Positions 16,839-25,727 of a DNA stretch of 40,524 nucleotides are shown here, one piece after another. This stretch comes from an uncultured Candidatus Saccharibacteria bacterium. GTDB taxonomy: Bacteria; Patescibacteriota; Minisyncoccia; UBA6257; UBA9933. The notes under the pieces are model-generated. The model was not told where the DNA came from. It saw nothing but the letters and a program-made list of their open reading frames with translations, and made no database searches. The DNA lies in the NCBI GenBank assembly GCA_964367055.1, contig CAYIWD010000002.1, forward strand, positions 1-40,524. Reading direction: 5' to 3'. Position 1 is the first letter of the stretch, and each line of letters starts with the position of its first letter. The translations under genes were made by a program, and so were the position numbers.

Positions 16839-17153
16839 ATGAAGGGGCTAATTATTATTAGAGATCCTATCGGAACTATTTTTAACGGTAATATCAATAT
16901 CCCCAGTAATAGTAAACGCTACGACTTACGGCTTAAAAGAGATGGGAGAGGAGGATCGTTAAAAGTAAGAGTTAGGTCTAACACCATCAACGAATTGGAA
17001 TGTTTCAAGGGCAAAAACGTGACGATGACAGTTTTCCGATTCAATGGTTTGGTGTTAGTGGAGAGAGGCGAAGCAAATACAGTTACTGGTCAATGCTTTG
17101 ATACGGGGAAGTATGTCCCCTGGACTGCCCGTTTCCAAAAAACAGGAAACTGA
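16839..17153 (+). CDS. Hypothetical 104-aa protein; the only plus-strand gene within a 21-kb minus-strand run
   Basis: The ATG at 16839 lies 6 nt after SD AAGGAGGTG (16824-16832). A perfect intrinsic terminator follows. GC is higher than in the flanks. Confidence 0.6.
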   Translation: MKGLIIIRDPIGTIFNGNINIPSNSKRYDLRLKRDGRGGSLKVRVRSNTINELECFKGKNVTMTVFRFNGLVLVERGEANTVTGQCFDTGKYVPWTARFQKTGN

Positions 17154-17181
17154 AAGCCTGAACCCTTCTCAAATGCTCACG

Positions 17182-17217
17182 TGCGCCCATCTCGCATCTC
17201 GATGGGCGCATTTTTTT
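17182..17217 (+). terminator. Intrinsic terminator
   Basis: 10-bp perfect stem TGCGCCCATC/GATGGGCGCA, a 9-nt loop, then T7. Confidence 0.85.
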
Positions 17218-17249
17218 AGTCATTATTAAGCCATGGCTTAATAATGACT
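17218..17249. repeat. 32-bp perfect palindrome between convergent genes
   Basis: AGTCATTATTAAGCCATGGCTTAATAATGACT equals its own reverse complement. Confidence 0.8.
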
Positions 17250-17256
17250 CATATAT

Positions 17257-17745
17257 TTATAAATTTACTAAATGGAAAACAACAATCCCAAACGCGACAG
17301 CCACATTTAAAGATTCTTTTTTACCTCGCATAGGTATTTCCAAAATTTTATCCGCCCGCTTTAAAATTGAAAGCGGAAGCCCCTTAATTTCATTGCCCAA
17401 AACGAGCGCGATTTTAGTTTTTGGTTTGTAGTTTGTAGTTTTTAATTCGTAGTACGGAACAGATTTTTTGCTCTGTTCAACCGCAAAAATTTTGTAGCCC
17501 TCCCCTTTTAACTTTTCGAGCAACTTTAAAGTTGCTCGTGTTGAGCGACTCGAAGCATCCCACTCCACATATTTTTCCGCAGCCAAAGAAACTTTAGTTA
17601 ATTGTTGCCGCGGCTTGCCAAAAGTATCTACCGGAGATGGCGTGATGCCACAAAGATAAATTTTTTCCATCCCAGCCGCGTCAGCGGTCCGAAAAATTGA
17701 ACCGACATTGTATAAACTGCGGATATTATGGAGAATAACGATCAC
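17257..17745 (-). CDS. SpoU/TrmH-family RNA 2'-O-methyltransferase
   Basis: NIRSLYNVGSIFRTADA, LVLGNEIKGL and IPMRGKKESLNVAVAFGIVVF are present. Confidence 0.85.
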   Translation of the reverse strand: MIVILHNIRSLYNVGSIFRTADAAGMEKIYLCGITPSPVDTFGKPRQQLTKVSLAAEKYVEWDASSRSTRATLKLLEKLKGEGYKIFAVEQSKKSVPYYELKTTNYKPKTKIALVLGNEIKGLPLSILKRADKILEIPMRGKKESLNVAVAFGIVVFHLVNL

Positions 17746-17754
17746 GGATAAGAA

Positions 17755-18738
17755 TTAAATTAAGCCGATTTTCCTTTTTACTTCCCCCATCGTCAGCCGA
17801 GCAATATTTCCCGCTTTTTCAGCGCCCTCTTTCAAAACCTTCTTAACGTAATTTTGGTCTTTTTTGAGTTCTTTAAATTTCTTTTGGAATGGCGAGAGGA
17901 AGTCAATCGCAACCTCAGCTAAATCATTTTTAAATTCAACATAGCTTTTACAGAAATATTCTTTTTCCAATTGTTTAATCGGTTTTTCGGAAAGCAAGGA
18001 ATATATGGTTAGTAAATTAGCAATACCTTTTTTATCTTTTGAATCATAAATAATTTCTTTTCCGGAATCAGTCACTGCTCTTTTAATTTTTTCTTTAATT
18101 AGAGACGGCTCATCTGTTAAAGCCAAATAATTATATGGATTTTCCGCGCTTTTTGACATTTTTTTGTCTGTATCATCAAGCCCCATAATCTTAGCGCTTT
18201 CTTTTCTGATTTGAACTTCCGGAATAATAAAAGTTTCGCCGTATAGATTATTGAAACGCCGAGCCAAAGTTCTCGTGATTTCAACGTGCTGTCTTTGGTC
18301 TTCGCCAACCGGCACTATATCTGTTTTATAAAGCAAAATATCAGAAGCCATTAAGACCGGATAATTAAAAAGCCCGACATTAATTTTAGCCCTAAATCCT
18401 TGAGCTTTGTCTTTAAATTGAGTCATTAGTTCTAATTCTGGAATTTTTGTGATGGTGTTTAAAATCCAAGCTAATTCAGTATGTTCTGGCACATGCGACT
18501 GAATAAAAATAATAGACTTTCCCGGGTCAATCCCAGCCGCAAGATAAATCGTCGCGATTTCTAAAATTTTTTCCCGCAGTTTTTCCGGCGACTGAAAAAT
18601 CGTCATCGCGTGATAATCAACCACGCAAAAAATACAGCGATTTTCTTTTTGCAGTTCAAGCCATTGTTTTATAGCGCCTAAATAATTTCCAATATGCAAA
18701 ACACCTGAAGGCGCTACTCCGCTAAAAATTGTTTTCAT
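17755..18738 (-). CDS. trpS: Tryptophan--tRNA ligase
   Basis: HIGH-type motif LHIGNYLG and KMSKS are present, with class Ic length (327 aa). Confidence 0.93.
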   Translation of the reverse strand: MKTIFSGVAPSGVLHIGNYLGAIKQWLELQKENRCIFCVVDYHAMTIFQSPEKLREKILEIATIYLAAGIDPGKSIIFIQSHVPEHTELAWILNTITKIPELELMTQFKDKAQGFRAKINVGLFNYPVLMASDILLYKTDIVPVGEDQRQHVEITRTLARRFNNLYGETFIIPEVQIRKESAKIMGLDDTDKKMSKSAENPYNYLALTDEPSLIKEKIKRAVTDSGKEIIYDSKDKKGIANLLTIYSLLSEKPIKQLEKEYFCKSYVEFKNDLAEVAIDFLSPFQKKFKELKKDQNYVKKVLKEGAEKAGNIARLTMGEVKRKIGLI

Positions 18739-18741
18739 ATT

Positions 18742-20487
18742 TTATACTTCTATTATCACTGGCAAAACCATCGGCCTTCGCTTTGTTTTAGTATACAAAA
18801 ATTGGCCGATTTGGTCTCGGATCAATGATTTAATATAGTCAGTTTCCACTTGCTGATGGCGTGGAATTCGGTTTATTAAACCCCGAATCCGTTTTCTTAA
18901 TTCCTCCACAAAATCTTTGTTTTCTCTCAAGTAAATAAAGCCGCGGGAAATAATATCTGGATTTTTCAAAAATTGGCCGCTGCGCCTATCAAGAGTAGCA
19001 ATAATTACCACCATTCCTTCTTGCGCCAAAACTCGGCGGTCTCTTAAAACCACCTCACCCACATCACCGACACCTAACCCATCAACCATTACATAAAAAG
19101 CCGGAATCATCTCGTCGCTTACTTTTGCTGAATCTTTGGTAAATAAAACAATTTGACCATTATCAATTAAAAGCGTTTCTTCCGGCTTAAGCCCTAACGC
19201 CTCTTGAGCGTGCTGGCCGTTTCGCCATCTCATAAAATAATAACCGTGGATAGGAATAAAGAATTTAGGCTTAATAGCTTTCATCACTTGTTTTAGTTCT
19301 TCCTGCGGCGCGTGGCCAGAAGAATGGATATCAATCATTTTATAGTGATAAACCAAAGCGCCTTGACGCGACAAATCGTCTTTTAACACCTGAACGCTTC
19401 TTTCGTTTCCCGGGATAATCGAAGAAGAAAGAATCAAAGTATCTCCTTTTTTAACCTGGATATAGCGGTGTTCGCCGTTAGCAATTTTCATTAGACTCGC
19501 ATTTGGCTCGCCTTGCGCGCCAGTGCAAAGAATTAACAATTTATCATCATGGCATTTATGAATTTCTTCTAAAGGAATAAGCGTTTCTTTTTTAACTTTC
19601 ATAAAACCCAAGTTTCTCGCAATTTGGATATTGGATTTCATTGATGAGCCGCTAATCGCCACTTTTTTATTCATTTTTTCGGCGATTTTTACGATTTCCG
19701 CAATTCTGTCTAAAAGCGAAGAAAAAGTCGCCAAAATAATCCTGCCATTGGCTTTTTTGAAAAGTTTTTCCAGCTCCGCTTCTACCACTCTTTCAGAGAT
19801 TGAATAGCCCGGTTCTTCAGCGCCGGTTGAATCCAGAAATAAAGTGTGGATTTTTTGTTTGCCGATTTTTTCCCAAATTTCTACGTCTCTGGGTTTGCCG
19901 TCAACATCATAATCAAATTTAAATTCTCCGGGGTGAACGATTTTGCCAATTGGGGTGTCTATAATCATTCCTACGCCTTCGGGAATATTGTGCGCTACGC
20001 CAAAAAATTCCGCTTTGAAATTTTTTGACAGTTGATGTGTTTCGCCCGATTTGATAATTTGGAAATTGAGTTTCGGCGCGTTGGTAAATTCTTCCTGACG
20101 TCTGGCGATAATTTCCTTGGTAATCGGAGTGGCAAAAATAGGTGGATTACCTAATTTCCCCATAATATACGGAATAGCGCCGATATGGTCATAGTGGCCG
20201 TGGGTAATGACTAACGCCTTTATTTTTCCTTTTCTTTCCTCTAAATAAGAAGTGTTAGGAATTATATAATCAATGCCAGGCGTCGCTTCTTCGGGAAACT
20301 GAAGACCGGCGTCAATAATAATAATTTCGTCTTGATATTCGAAAAACATCATATTGCGGCCGATTTCTTCTAAGCCGCCAAGAGTCGCAAAACGAACCAC
20401 TGGCCCTGATTTAGGTAGCTCTTCTTTTAAGCGCGGTACTCGCGAAATAATTCTTCTTTTTGTCCCAGTTAGTTTTTGTCTAAACAT
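18742..20487 (-). CDS. rnj: Ribonuclease J
   Basis: ITHGHYDHIGAIPY (HxHxDH), a beta-CASP region and HSSGHA are present; 581 aa. Confidence 0.92.
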   Translation of the reverse strand: MFRQKLTGTKRRIISRVPRLKEELPKSGPVVRFATLGGLEEIGRNMMFFEYQDEIIIIDAGLQFPEEATPGIDYIIPNTSYLEERKGKIKALVITHGHYDHIGAIPYIMGKLGNPPIFATPITKEIIARRQEEFTNAPKLNFQIIKSGETHQLSKNFKAEFFGVAHNIPEGVGMIIDTPIGKIVHPGEFKFDYDVDGKPRDVEIWEKIGKQKIHTLFLDSTGAEEPGYSISERVVEAELEKLFKKANGRIILATFSSLLDRIAEIVKIAEKMNKKVAISGSSMKSNIQIARNLGFMKVKKETLIPLEEIHKCHDDKLLILCTGAQGEPNASLMKIANGEHRYIQVKKGDTLILSSSIIPGNERSVQVLKDDLSRQGALVYHYKMIDIHSSGHAPQEELKQVMKAIKPKFFIPIHGYYFMRWRNGQHAQEALGLKPEETLLIDNGQIVLFTKDSAKVSDEMIPAFYVMVDGLGVGDVGEVVLRDRRVLAQEGMVVIIATLDRRSGQFLKNPDIISRGFIYLRENKDFVEELRKRIRGLINRIPRHQQVETDYIKSLIRDQIGQFLYTKTKRRPMVLPVIIEV

Positions 20488-20519
20488 AAAATGTGGGTCA
20501 TCCCTGAAAACGTTAAATC

Positions 20520-20879
20520 TTATTTCACATCCTCTGATTTTATAATTTTATCAGGATTGCCTAATTCGTAATAAAGATAAAAAGTTTTTGTTTCTTCCGC
20601 GGTTTCTTTTCCGATATTAACTTTATTATTTGCTAGTCTACGGACCTTACATAAACCATTTTCAACTCCTAATATCTCGTGCTGCCATTCCATTTTTGCG
20701 TATCCTATATCTGTTTCGCTTTCTTGTTTAACGCCGACCTTACAAAACTTAACAGCATCCCTGTAACAACTTTCGTCATTTTTTAGACAGTTATTTTTTA
20801 TAAAGTTATTATAAATATAATAACCACCGATACTGATTACCACTATTATTATCGCAAATAAAATTATAACTTTTTTCAT
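20520..20879 (-). CDS. Hypothetical membrane-anchored Cys-rich protein
   Basis: The ORF has an N-terminal TM helix. TATAAT lies 5 nt before the ATG. Confidence 0.55.
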   Translation of the reverse strand: MKKVIILFAIIIVVISIGGYYIYNNFIKNNCLKNDESCYRDAVKFCKVGVKQESETDIGYAKMEWQHEILGVENGLCKVRRLANNKVNIGKETAEETKTFYLYYELGNPDKIIKSEDVK

Positions 20880-21064
20880 AATTGATTATATATTTATATA
20901 TCTTAATGTTTCTTAGAAGAGCGGGGAAATTTGTCCGAAGGGCAAATTATATCTTTATGTGGGCGAGGAGGGGCTTGCCCCGCACTATAGCAAAGCTAAG
21001 TGCGGGATTAAATCTGCTTAACCTCGCTACGCTCGGGATGAATATTTAAAACCCAAAATGCTTG

Positions 21065-21148
21065 TGCCCAGGGTGGGACTTGAACCCACACGTCGTTTCC
21101 GACATTAGCTCCTGAAGCTAACCTGTCTGCCGATTTCAGCACCTGGGC
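21065..21148 (-). tRNA. tRNA-Leu (anticodon CAG), type II with long variable arm; CCA not encoded
   Basis: Hand-folded cloverleaf: acceptor GCCCAGG/CCTGGGC, anticodon stem TTAGC/GCTAA with loop TTCAGGA, T arm GTGGG-TTCAAGT-CCCAC. Confidence 0.9.
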
Positions 21149-21162
21149 GCACCCGCATTGAA

Positions 21163-21202
21163 AATTGGTAATTGGTAATTGGTAATTGGTAATTGGTAAT
21201 TG
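21163..21202. repeat. Heptanucleotide tandem repeat (AATTGGT) x5 plus a partial copy, just upstream of tRNA-Leu(CAG)
   Basis: Five perfect copies read directly at 21163-21197, and a sixth degenerate copy. Confidence 0.9.
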
Positions 21203-21211
21203 AAAATTTCG

Positions 21212-21547
21212 CTATTTCCCTCTTCCTTCATATTTTTCAAAAATCGCCCAGAAGCTTAAAATTTTATCTCCCGGATTATGAACCCTGTGAAAATCGCCGG
21301 CTTTAACGGGCGCGACGTCGCCGGCTTTTACTTTTAAAGTTTCCGCGCCATTTTCCATTGTGCCTTCGCCTTTAATGAAAAGATAAACTTCATCAACACT
21401 TTTATGAGAATGGCCCGTTGTTGATTCTTTGGGATTTAATTCAGTTAAAGAAATTTCTAAATCCTTAAGCTCGGGCAAGTCATAAACCTTATAAGTTTTA
21501 TTATCCCGTATAAGTTTAGCAAGTTGTTTATATTGTTCTATATCCAT
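21212..21547 (-). CDS. Cupin-domain protein
   Basis: GHSH..DEVYLFIKGEG and GDFHRVHNPG match the two cupin motifs. Confidence 0.75.
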   Translation of the reverse strand: MDIEQYKQLAKLIRDNKTYKVYDLPELKDLEISLTELNPKESTTGHSHKSVDEVYLFIKGEGTMENGAETLKVKAGDVAPVKAGDFHRVHNPGDKILSFWAIFEKYEGRGK

Positions 21548-21565
21548 AAATAAATGTCAAGCCTT

Positions 21566-23227
21566 TTATTTAAACACTCTCGCTGTTTCTACATACCAAT
21601 TTGAAATATTTTTAAATCGCTCGCTTGCCGAAGCGATAAACTTTTCGTCAATCCCTTTCAGCGAATTTTCAGCCACATAAATATAGTTAGGCGAAAAAAG
21701 AAAGATTGCCGGCTGGTCAGCAATGATTAATGACTGTAAGCTTGAAAGTTCGGCTTGACGCTTTAAATCATTAAAATCTTTTCTAACCGCTTGTATTAAA
21801 TTATCGGCAGCTTGATTTTGATAAAGAGAAAGATTAAGCCCGGGATAAAATCGTTCCGAAGAATGCCAGAAAGAAGACAAATCAGGGCTGTCATAATTTC
21901 CAAAGATATTGCCGAACATAATCATTTCATAATTTCTGGTTTTAACAGCTCCGTTATTAACTTCATCGGCTGGCTGAACTGATAAATTTAATTTAACGCC
22001 TATTTTTGACCAATCATCTTTAATAATATTAGCTGTTTCTACTAAAAATGGAATTTGAGGAACGACTAAATCAAACTCTAACTTTTTTACTTCTTTGTTA
22101 ATATTTTTTTCGGCCACTCCGTCGCTATTTATTTTCCAATCGCTAGCAGCTAAAACTGCCGATGCTTTATCCAAAGAAAAATCTTCTTGCGACTCAACCT
22201 TGGGGTCGTAACCCTTCATTCCTATAATTAAAGGGCCGTTAACCGCCATCGCTTGGCCATCAAAAACCTGTTCAATTATTTTTTTTCTGTCAGTCGCATA
22301 AGTCAAAGTCAATCTGATATTCTTGTCTTTAAGAAGGTCGTTAGCGTCAGGGTTGAAGAAAAGTCCGTAATATCTTGGCATTCGCAACTCAAAAATTTGA
22401 TGGTTAATATTAATTTTACTAATATTTTTTTCATTCAAACCGCCGAAGCCGTCAATCGCTCCTGAATTAAAAGCTTTAATTAAATCATCCTCGCTAGAAT
22501 AAAATTTCAAAACTATTTTTTCCAAATAAGGTTTCTGGCCAGAGAAGCGCTCATTACGAATAAGTTGATATTCTGAAATAAAACCGGAACGGTCTTTGGA
22601 AAAAGACAAAAAGCGATAAGGGCCATCGCCTATCGGCTCAAGATTATAGTCAGAAAGCCGCAAATTAGCAGCCGGGATGCTTCCATAAATATGTTTAGGA
22701 ATTACCCTAAAATCTTTAAGGGTGGCTTCAAAAAAAACATACGGCTCGGGAAGGGTCAATTTTACTTCTCGCTCACTGACCCTTTCAATATTTACTCCCT
22801 GCCACATTGACGCTTGAGGAGAACGACTATCGGGGTCTTGGACGATTTTTATAGTTGAAATTATATCGTCGCTTGTAATTTTTTCCCCATCGTCCCAAAA
22901 AAGATTTTCCTTAAGACGGACATCCCATGTTTTATCGCCATCACTCATTTTCAAACTTTCAGCTAAGTTTGAAATATTACTAAAAATAAGTTCGGTTAAA
23001 TCGTTATCCGGTCCGTTAGCCAAAGCCAAAACAGGATTGATAAAGCTGGGCTGACCGAGCACGCCCTCAATATATTCTCCGCCGGAAACAGCTTTTAAAG
23101 AACTATTTTGAGAAATAAAATTAACTGCCGCAAAAGCCGTAGAAGAGATTAAAACCAGAATAGCAGCGACAAAAATCATCTGCTCATAACGAGAAAAATT
23201 TTTGAAAATCTGAATGAAAAAAGACAT
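21566..23227 (-). CDS. Extracellular solute-binding protein, family 5 (peptide/nickel type), orphan
   Basis: 553 aa with an N-terminal anchor and family-5-like spacing (..WDDGEKITSDDI.., ..GDGPYRF..). No permease or ATPase gene is adjacent. Confidence 0.7.
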   Translation of the reverse strand: MSFFIQIFKNFSRYEQMIFVAAILVLISSTAFAAVNFISQNSSLKAVSGGEYIEGVLGQPSFINPVLALANGPDNDLTELIFSNISNLAESLKMSDGDKTWDVRLKENLFWDDGEKITSDDIISTIKIVQDPDSRSPQASMWQGVNIERVSEREVKLTLPEPYVFFEATLKDFRVIPKHIYGSIPAANLRLSDYNLEPIGDGPYRFLSFSKDRSGFISEYQLIRNERFSGQKPYLEKIVLKFYSSEDDLIKAFNSGAIDGFGGLNEKNISKININHQIFELRMPRYYGLFFNPDANDLLKDKNIRLTLTYATDRKKIIEQVFDGQAMAVNGPLIIGMKGYDPKVESQEDFSLDKASAVLAASDWKINSDGVAEKNINKEVKKLEFDLVVPQIPFLVETANIIKDDWSKIGVKLNLSVQPADEVNNGAVKTRNYEMIMFGNIFGNYDSPDLSSFWHSSERFYPGLNLSLYQNQAADNLIQAVRKDFNDLKRQAELSSLQSLIIADQPAIFLFSPNYIYVAENSLKGIDEKFIASASERFKNISNWYVETARVFK

Positions 23228-23251
23228 GTTAGTAGAAAAATTCTTTTCTCC

Positions 23252-23464
23252 TTATATTAATAGGTTGAAAATAGAAAGAATCGCAAAAAGTATTGCCAAG
23301 CCAATAGTACCTAAAAAAATTAAACGCTCCATGCCTCGGCGTTGAGCATAAAACTCGCCACCGCCGCCGCCAAAAACCCCAGAAAGCCCAGATGTTCTTT
23401 CCTGAAGCAAAATCAAAATAATCAAAATAATAGAAACAATAATTTGAGCGATAGAAATAAACAT
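23252..23464 (-). CDS. secG: Preprotein translocase subunit SecG
   Basis: 70 aa with two TM helices separated by a G-rich loop: LLQERTSGLSGVFGGGGG. Confidence 0.8.
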   Translation of the reverse strand: MFISIAQIIVSIILIILILLQERTSGLSGVFGGGGGEFYAQRRGMERLIFLGTIGLAILFAILSIFNLLI

Positions 23465-23523
23465 ATTGTATAAATTTTCAATTTCTAATTTTCAATTTCC
23501 AATAACAATTAGAAATTTTAATC

Positions 23524-23742
23524 TTAATGGGTCGCAAGAATAAAGGAGACGTTTTTATTCCAAGATGAGTGCGAATTTCTACGCGCTGGTTTTCCGTAGA
23601 GCTTCTCAATTTCTTTCTGTTCTTTATCAGAAACGAAAGGCGTTAAATCAGCTCTTAATTTCATAAACTCCAAAGCAAGCGCCTCTTTTATCGCGTCTTT
23701 AACTAAATTTTTTAATTTAGCGGGAGTCGTGATAATAGTCAT
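23524..23742 (-). CDS. Small hypothetical protein, antitoxin-like, no partner
   Basis: 72-aa ORF. The helical N-terminal part (..VSDKEQKEIEKLYGKP) is reminiscent of small type II antitoxins. No family confirmed. Confidence 0.35.
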   Translation of the reverse strand: MTIITTPAKLKNLVKDAIKEALALEFMKLRADLTPFVSDKEQKEIEKLYGKPARRNSHSSWNKNVSFILATH

Positions 23743-23787
23743 AAAATCATTGTATCATAGACGAATTAAAAGTCAAAAATTTAATTT

Positions 23788-24537
23788 TTATTTAATAAAT
23801 TTGAAAGTGGAAAGGATTTGATCAATCAACATATCGCTAAATTGTCGAAATTCAGCCATATCCTTATCGCAATCTGTTTTAATATCGTCGGTCTTACAAG
23901 AACATCCTGCTGTCGTGTAGTTAAAATTTAACACATATACTTTGTTGTTTTTTTCCAATTTTATATTGCGCAAATTATCAGAAGCGCATTCAATTGCGAA
24001 AATATCGTATGCCTTGTAAGAAGCGTCTAATCCGTCAATTTTAATTGATTTATTTACAAAGGGTTTAGCCGCTAAATTATCTGCCGGGTCAATTACTTCG
24101 GGATCAGAATAATTTTTTTTATCAAAAATTTTAATAGCAAAACGCAAAGGGAAAGCGTCACCTACATCGCCTGCGAAGCTCCATTTTGAAAGAGGGCTAT
24201 TTACAACATCAGGACAATTCGGGTAATCTGGACAAAAAAGGTTTGGCCCTCTCGAAAAAATTATATGATTAATATTGTCAGATGTATCCTTAAATATATC
24301 GTCATATGAAGCTGAAAAATATGCAGGATACTTCACTTCAACCCCATACTCCTCATTCCGATAAGTTTGCCAATTTGCCGTCTCGTCTGCGGTTGACGAT
24401 TGTTGAGCCGCCGACTGCCGGTTATTTTGGTTTTTGATATTTGATTTTTGATATAGATACCAAACCCCGCCAGCCACAACCAAAACTCCCACGATTATCA
24501 AAATTATCGCGATTGGCGCAAGGCCTTTATTTTTCAT
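23788..24537 (-). CDS. N-terminally anchored extracytoplasmic protein, paralog family A
   Basis: KGLAPIAIILIIVGVLVVAGG, TANWQTYRNEEYGVEVKYP and C-terminal ILSTFKFIK are present. An ATGA overlap links it to hicA. Confidence 0.7.
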   Translation of the reverse strand: MKNKGLAPIAIILIIVGVLVVAGGVWYLYQKSNIKNQNNRQSAAQQSSTADETANWQTYRNEEYGVEVKYPAYFSASYDDIFKDTSDNINHIIFSRGPNLFCPDYPNCPDVVNSPLSKWSFAGDVGDAFPLRFAIKIFDKKNYSDPEVIDPADNLAAKPFVNKSIKIDGLDASYKAYDIFAIECASDNLRNIKLEKNNKVYVLNFNYTTAGCSCKTDDIKTDCDKDMAEFRQFSDMLIDQILSTFKFIK

Positions 24538-24755
24538 AAATGATTAAAATCTTCTACGGATACTCCCATTTCCTTAATAAGTTTAGCTAGTAAACCCTTA
24601 GGAATATCGCGACCGTGCTTATGGGGAAGCGGCACTGTTATTTGTTTCGTGGGGTGAAAATAAATTGTGTGTTTAGTTTTACGTATAGGAATATAGCCGG
24701 CGCGCAAAAGTTTTCTTGCAAACCCATCATAGCCGATTGGCCTGAGTTTAGACAT
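24534..24755 (-). CDS. hicA: HicA-family mRNA interferase toxin
   Basis: ..GFARKLLRAGYIPIRKTKHTIYFHP..VPLPHKHGRDIPKGLLAKLIKEMG. The start is taken at the ATG at 24755, which overlaps the hicB stop. Confidence 0.8.
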   Translation of the reverse strand: MSKLRPIGYDGFARKLLRAGYIPIRKTKHTIYFHPTKQITVPLPHKHGRDIPKGLLAKLIKEMGVSVEDFNHL

Positions 24756-25002
24756 ATTCCGGAACCTTAACAAAAGAAATTTTTTTGATAATTTCCGGCC
24801 TTATCGTTTCTTTTGGAAAAGATTTATGAAACTCGCGGATAACTTCAAGACATTCTTTAATCGCTAAGCTGATATTTGAATGCGCCTCTTTTACGGTTTT
24901 CCCATAAACAACACAGCCGGGAATCGCCGGAGCTGAAGCAATATAGCCACCCTTTTCATCGCGGTCATAAATTATATAATATTGACTTTGTTTTAATTTC
25001 AT
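24748..25002 (-). CDS. hicB: HicB-family antitoxin (UPF0150-like)
   Basis: YYIIYDRDEKGGYIASAPAIPGCVVYGKTVKEAHSNISLAIKECLE is present. It lies directly upstream of and overlaps hicA. Confidence 0.75.
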   Translation of the reverse strand: MKLKQSQYYIIYDRDEKGGYIASAPAIPGCVVYGKTVKEAHSNISLAIKECLEVIREFHKSFPKETIRPEIIKKISFVKVPEYV

Positions 25003-25042
25003 ATGTCCTTTAGTTTACTATAAAAAAATCAAAAGTCAAATT

Positions 25043-25408
25043 TTACTTTGCGTAGGTTCTTTTTGCCGTGAAATTAATCACCAGATTTACTGCTGTTATA
25101 ATTAATATAGCGTAAATAAGAGACAATGTTCCTGTTATAGTAATGTTTATCAAAACTTTGTCAAGAAGGTAGAGTATTAAGGCGTTTATTATCAAAGCTC
25201 CCAAGCCGAAAGTCAAAAAAATAATTGGTGTAAAAAGCAGTTTTAAAATCGGCCTGACAAAAGCGTTAATTAATGTCAAAACAGCTACCACCATAAAGAA
25301 ACTCGCAAAACCAGGAGCAATCTCAAACCCTTTAATAAAATAAATAGTTGCTAAAAGCGCGATTAGGTTGGAAAAAAGAGAAAAAATCAAATGAGCTAAA
25401 AAACGCAT
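25043..25408 (-). CDS. YvlD/DUF360 (phage holin 4_2-like) membrane protein
   Basis: Four TM helices with LINAFVRPILKLLFTPIIFLTFGLGALIINALILYL. Confidence 0.65.
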   Translation of the reverse strand: MRFLAHLIFSLFSNLIALLATIYFIKGFEIAPGFASFFMVVAVLTLINAFVRPILKLLFTPIIFLTFGLGALIINALILYLLDKVLINITITGTLSLIYAILIITAVNLVINFTAKRTYAK

Positions 25409-25513
25409 TATTATAATTATAGGTTTTTAATTTAATAAATCAATGCCCCTAAATCGCGCCGTAGGCGCGATCGGGGGCGACATCACAGAATGATGTCTAG
25501 TCCTAAATTTTTT

Positions 25514-25590
25514 TGTGGATAACTTTTTGTTGACACTAGCGCGTTTTTTGTGTATTTTAGAAAAAGATTTTTTGCTAAGAGTTATCCACA
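25514..25590. promoter_or_regulatory. Two perfect consensus DnaA boxes in inverted orientation, bracketing a promoter-like element
   Basis: TGTGGATAA at 25514-25522 and TTATCCACA at 25582-25590, extended to the 11-bp inverted repeat TGTGGATAACT/AGTTATCCACA. TTGACA (25530-25535), 17 nt, then TATTTT (25553-25558) lies between them. Confidence 0.6.
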
Positions 25591-25658
25591 CCCTCGCCAT
25601 TTCAATCTCAAAATTTTATAGCTATAATAAAGGTATAAAGGTCGAAAAGATATAATTT

Positions 25659-25727
25659 CGCAAATATTCACGAATTTGAGCACAAATTTCACAAATATCA
25701 TTAGTGAAATTCGTGGCCATATTTGTG
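25659..25727. repeat. Imperfect ~70-bp palindrome upstream of the 25743 gene
   Basis: Left arm CGCAAATATTCACGAATTTGAGCAC versus right arm GTGAAATTCGTGGCCATATTTGTG. It shares the string ATCATTAGT..ATTCGT with the clpP upstream region. Confidence 0.6.

Noticed and set aside
20990-21060. Second tRNA or tRNA pseudogene next to tRNA-Leu(CAG) (minus-strand GCGAGG..CCTCGCCCA with an internal 8-bp stem)
   Set aside because: The candidate anticodon loop would be 12 nt and the T arm has a 4-nt loop, and there are no conserved T-loop or D-loop bases. It is not a canonical tRNA and is reported only as a structured spacer.
21163-21202. Possible CRISPR array or remnant: heptamer repeats here, and AATTGAAAATT-type repeats at 23474-23499, 32590-32612 and 38101-38131
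   Set aside because: The units are 7-12 nt and directly abutting or nearly so. There are no 25-40 nt repeats with unique spacers, and no cas genes other than a Cas2-like fold fused in a PaaX-type regulator.
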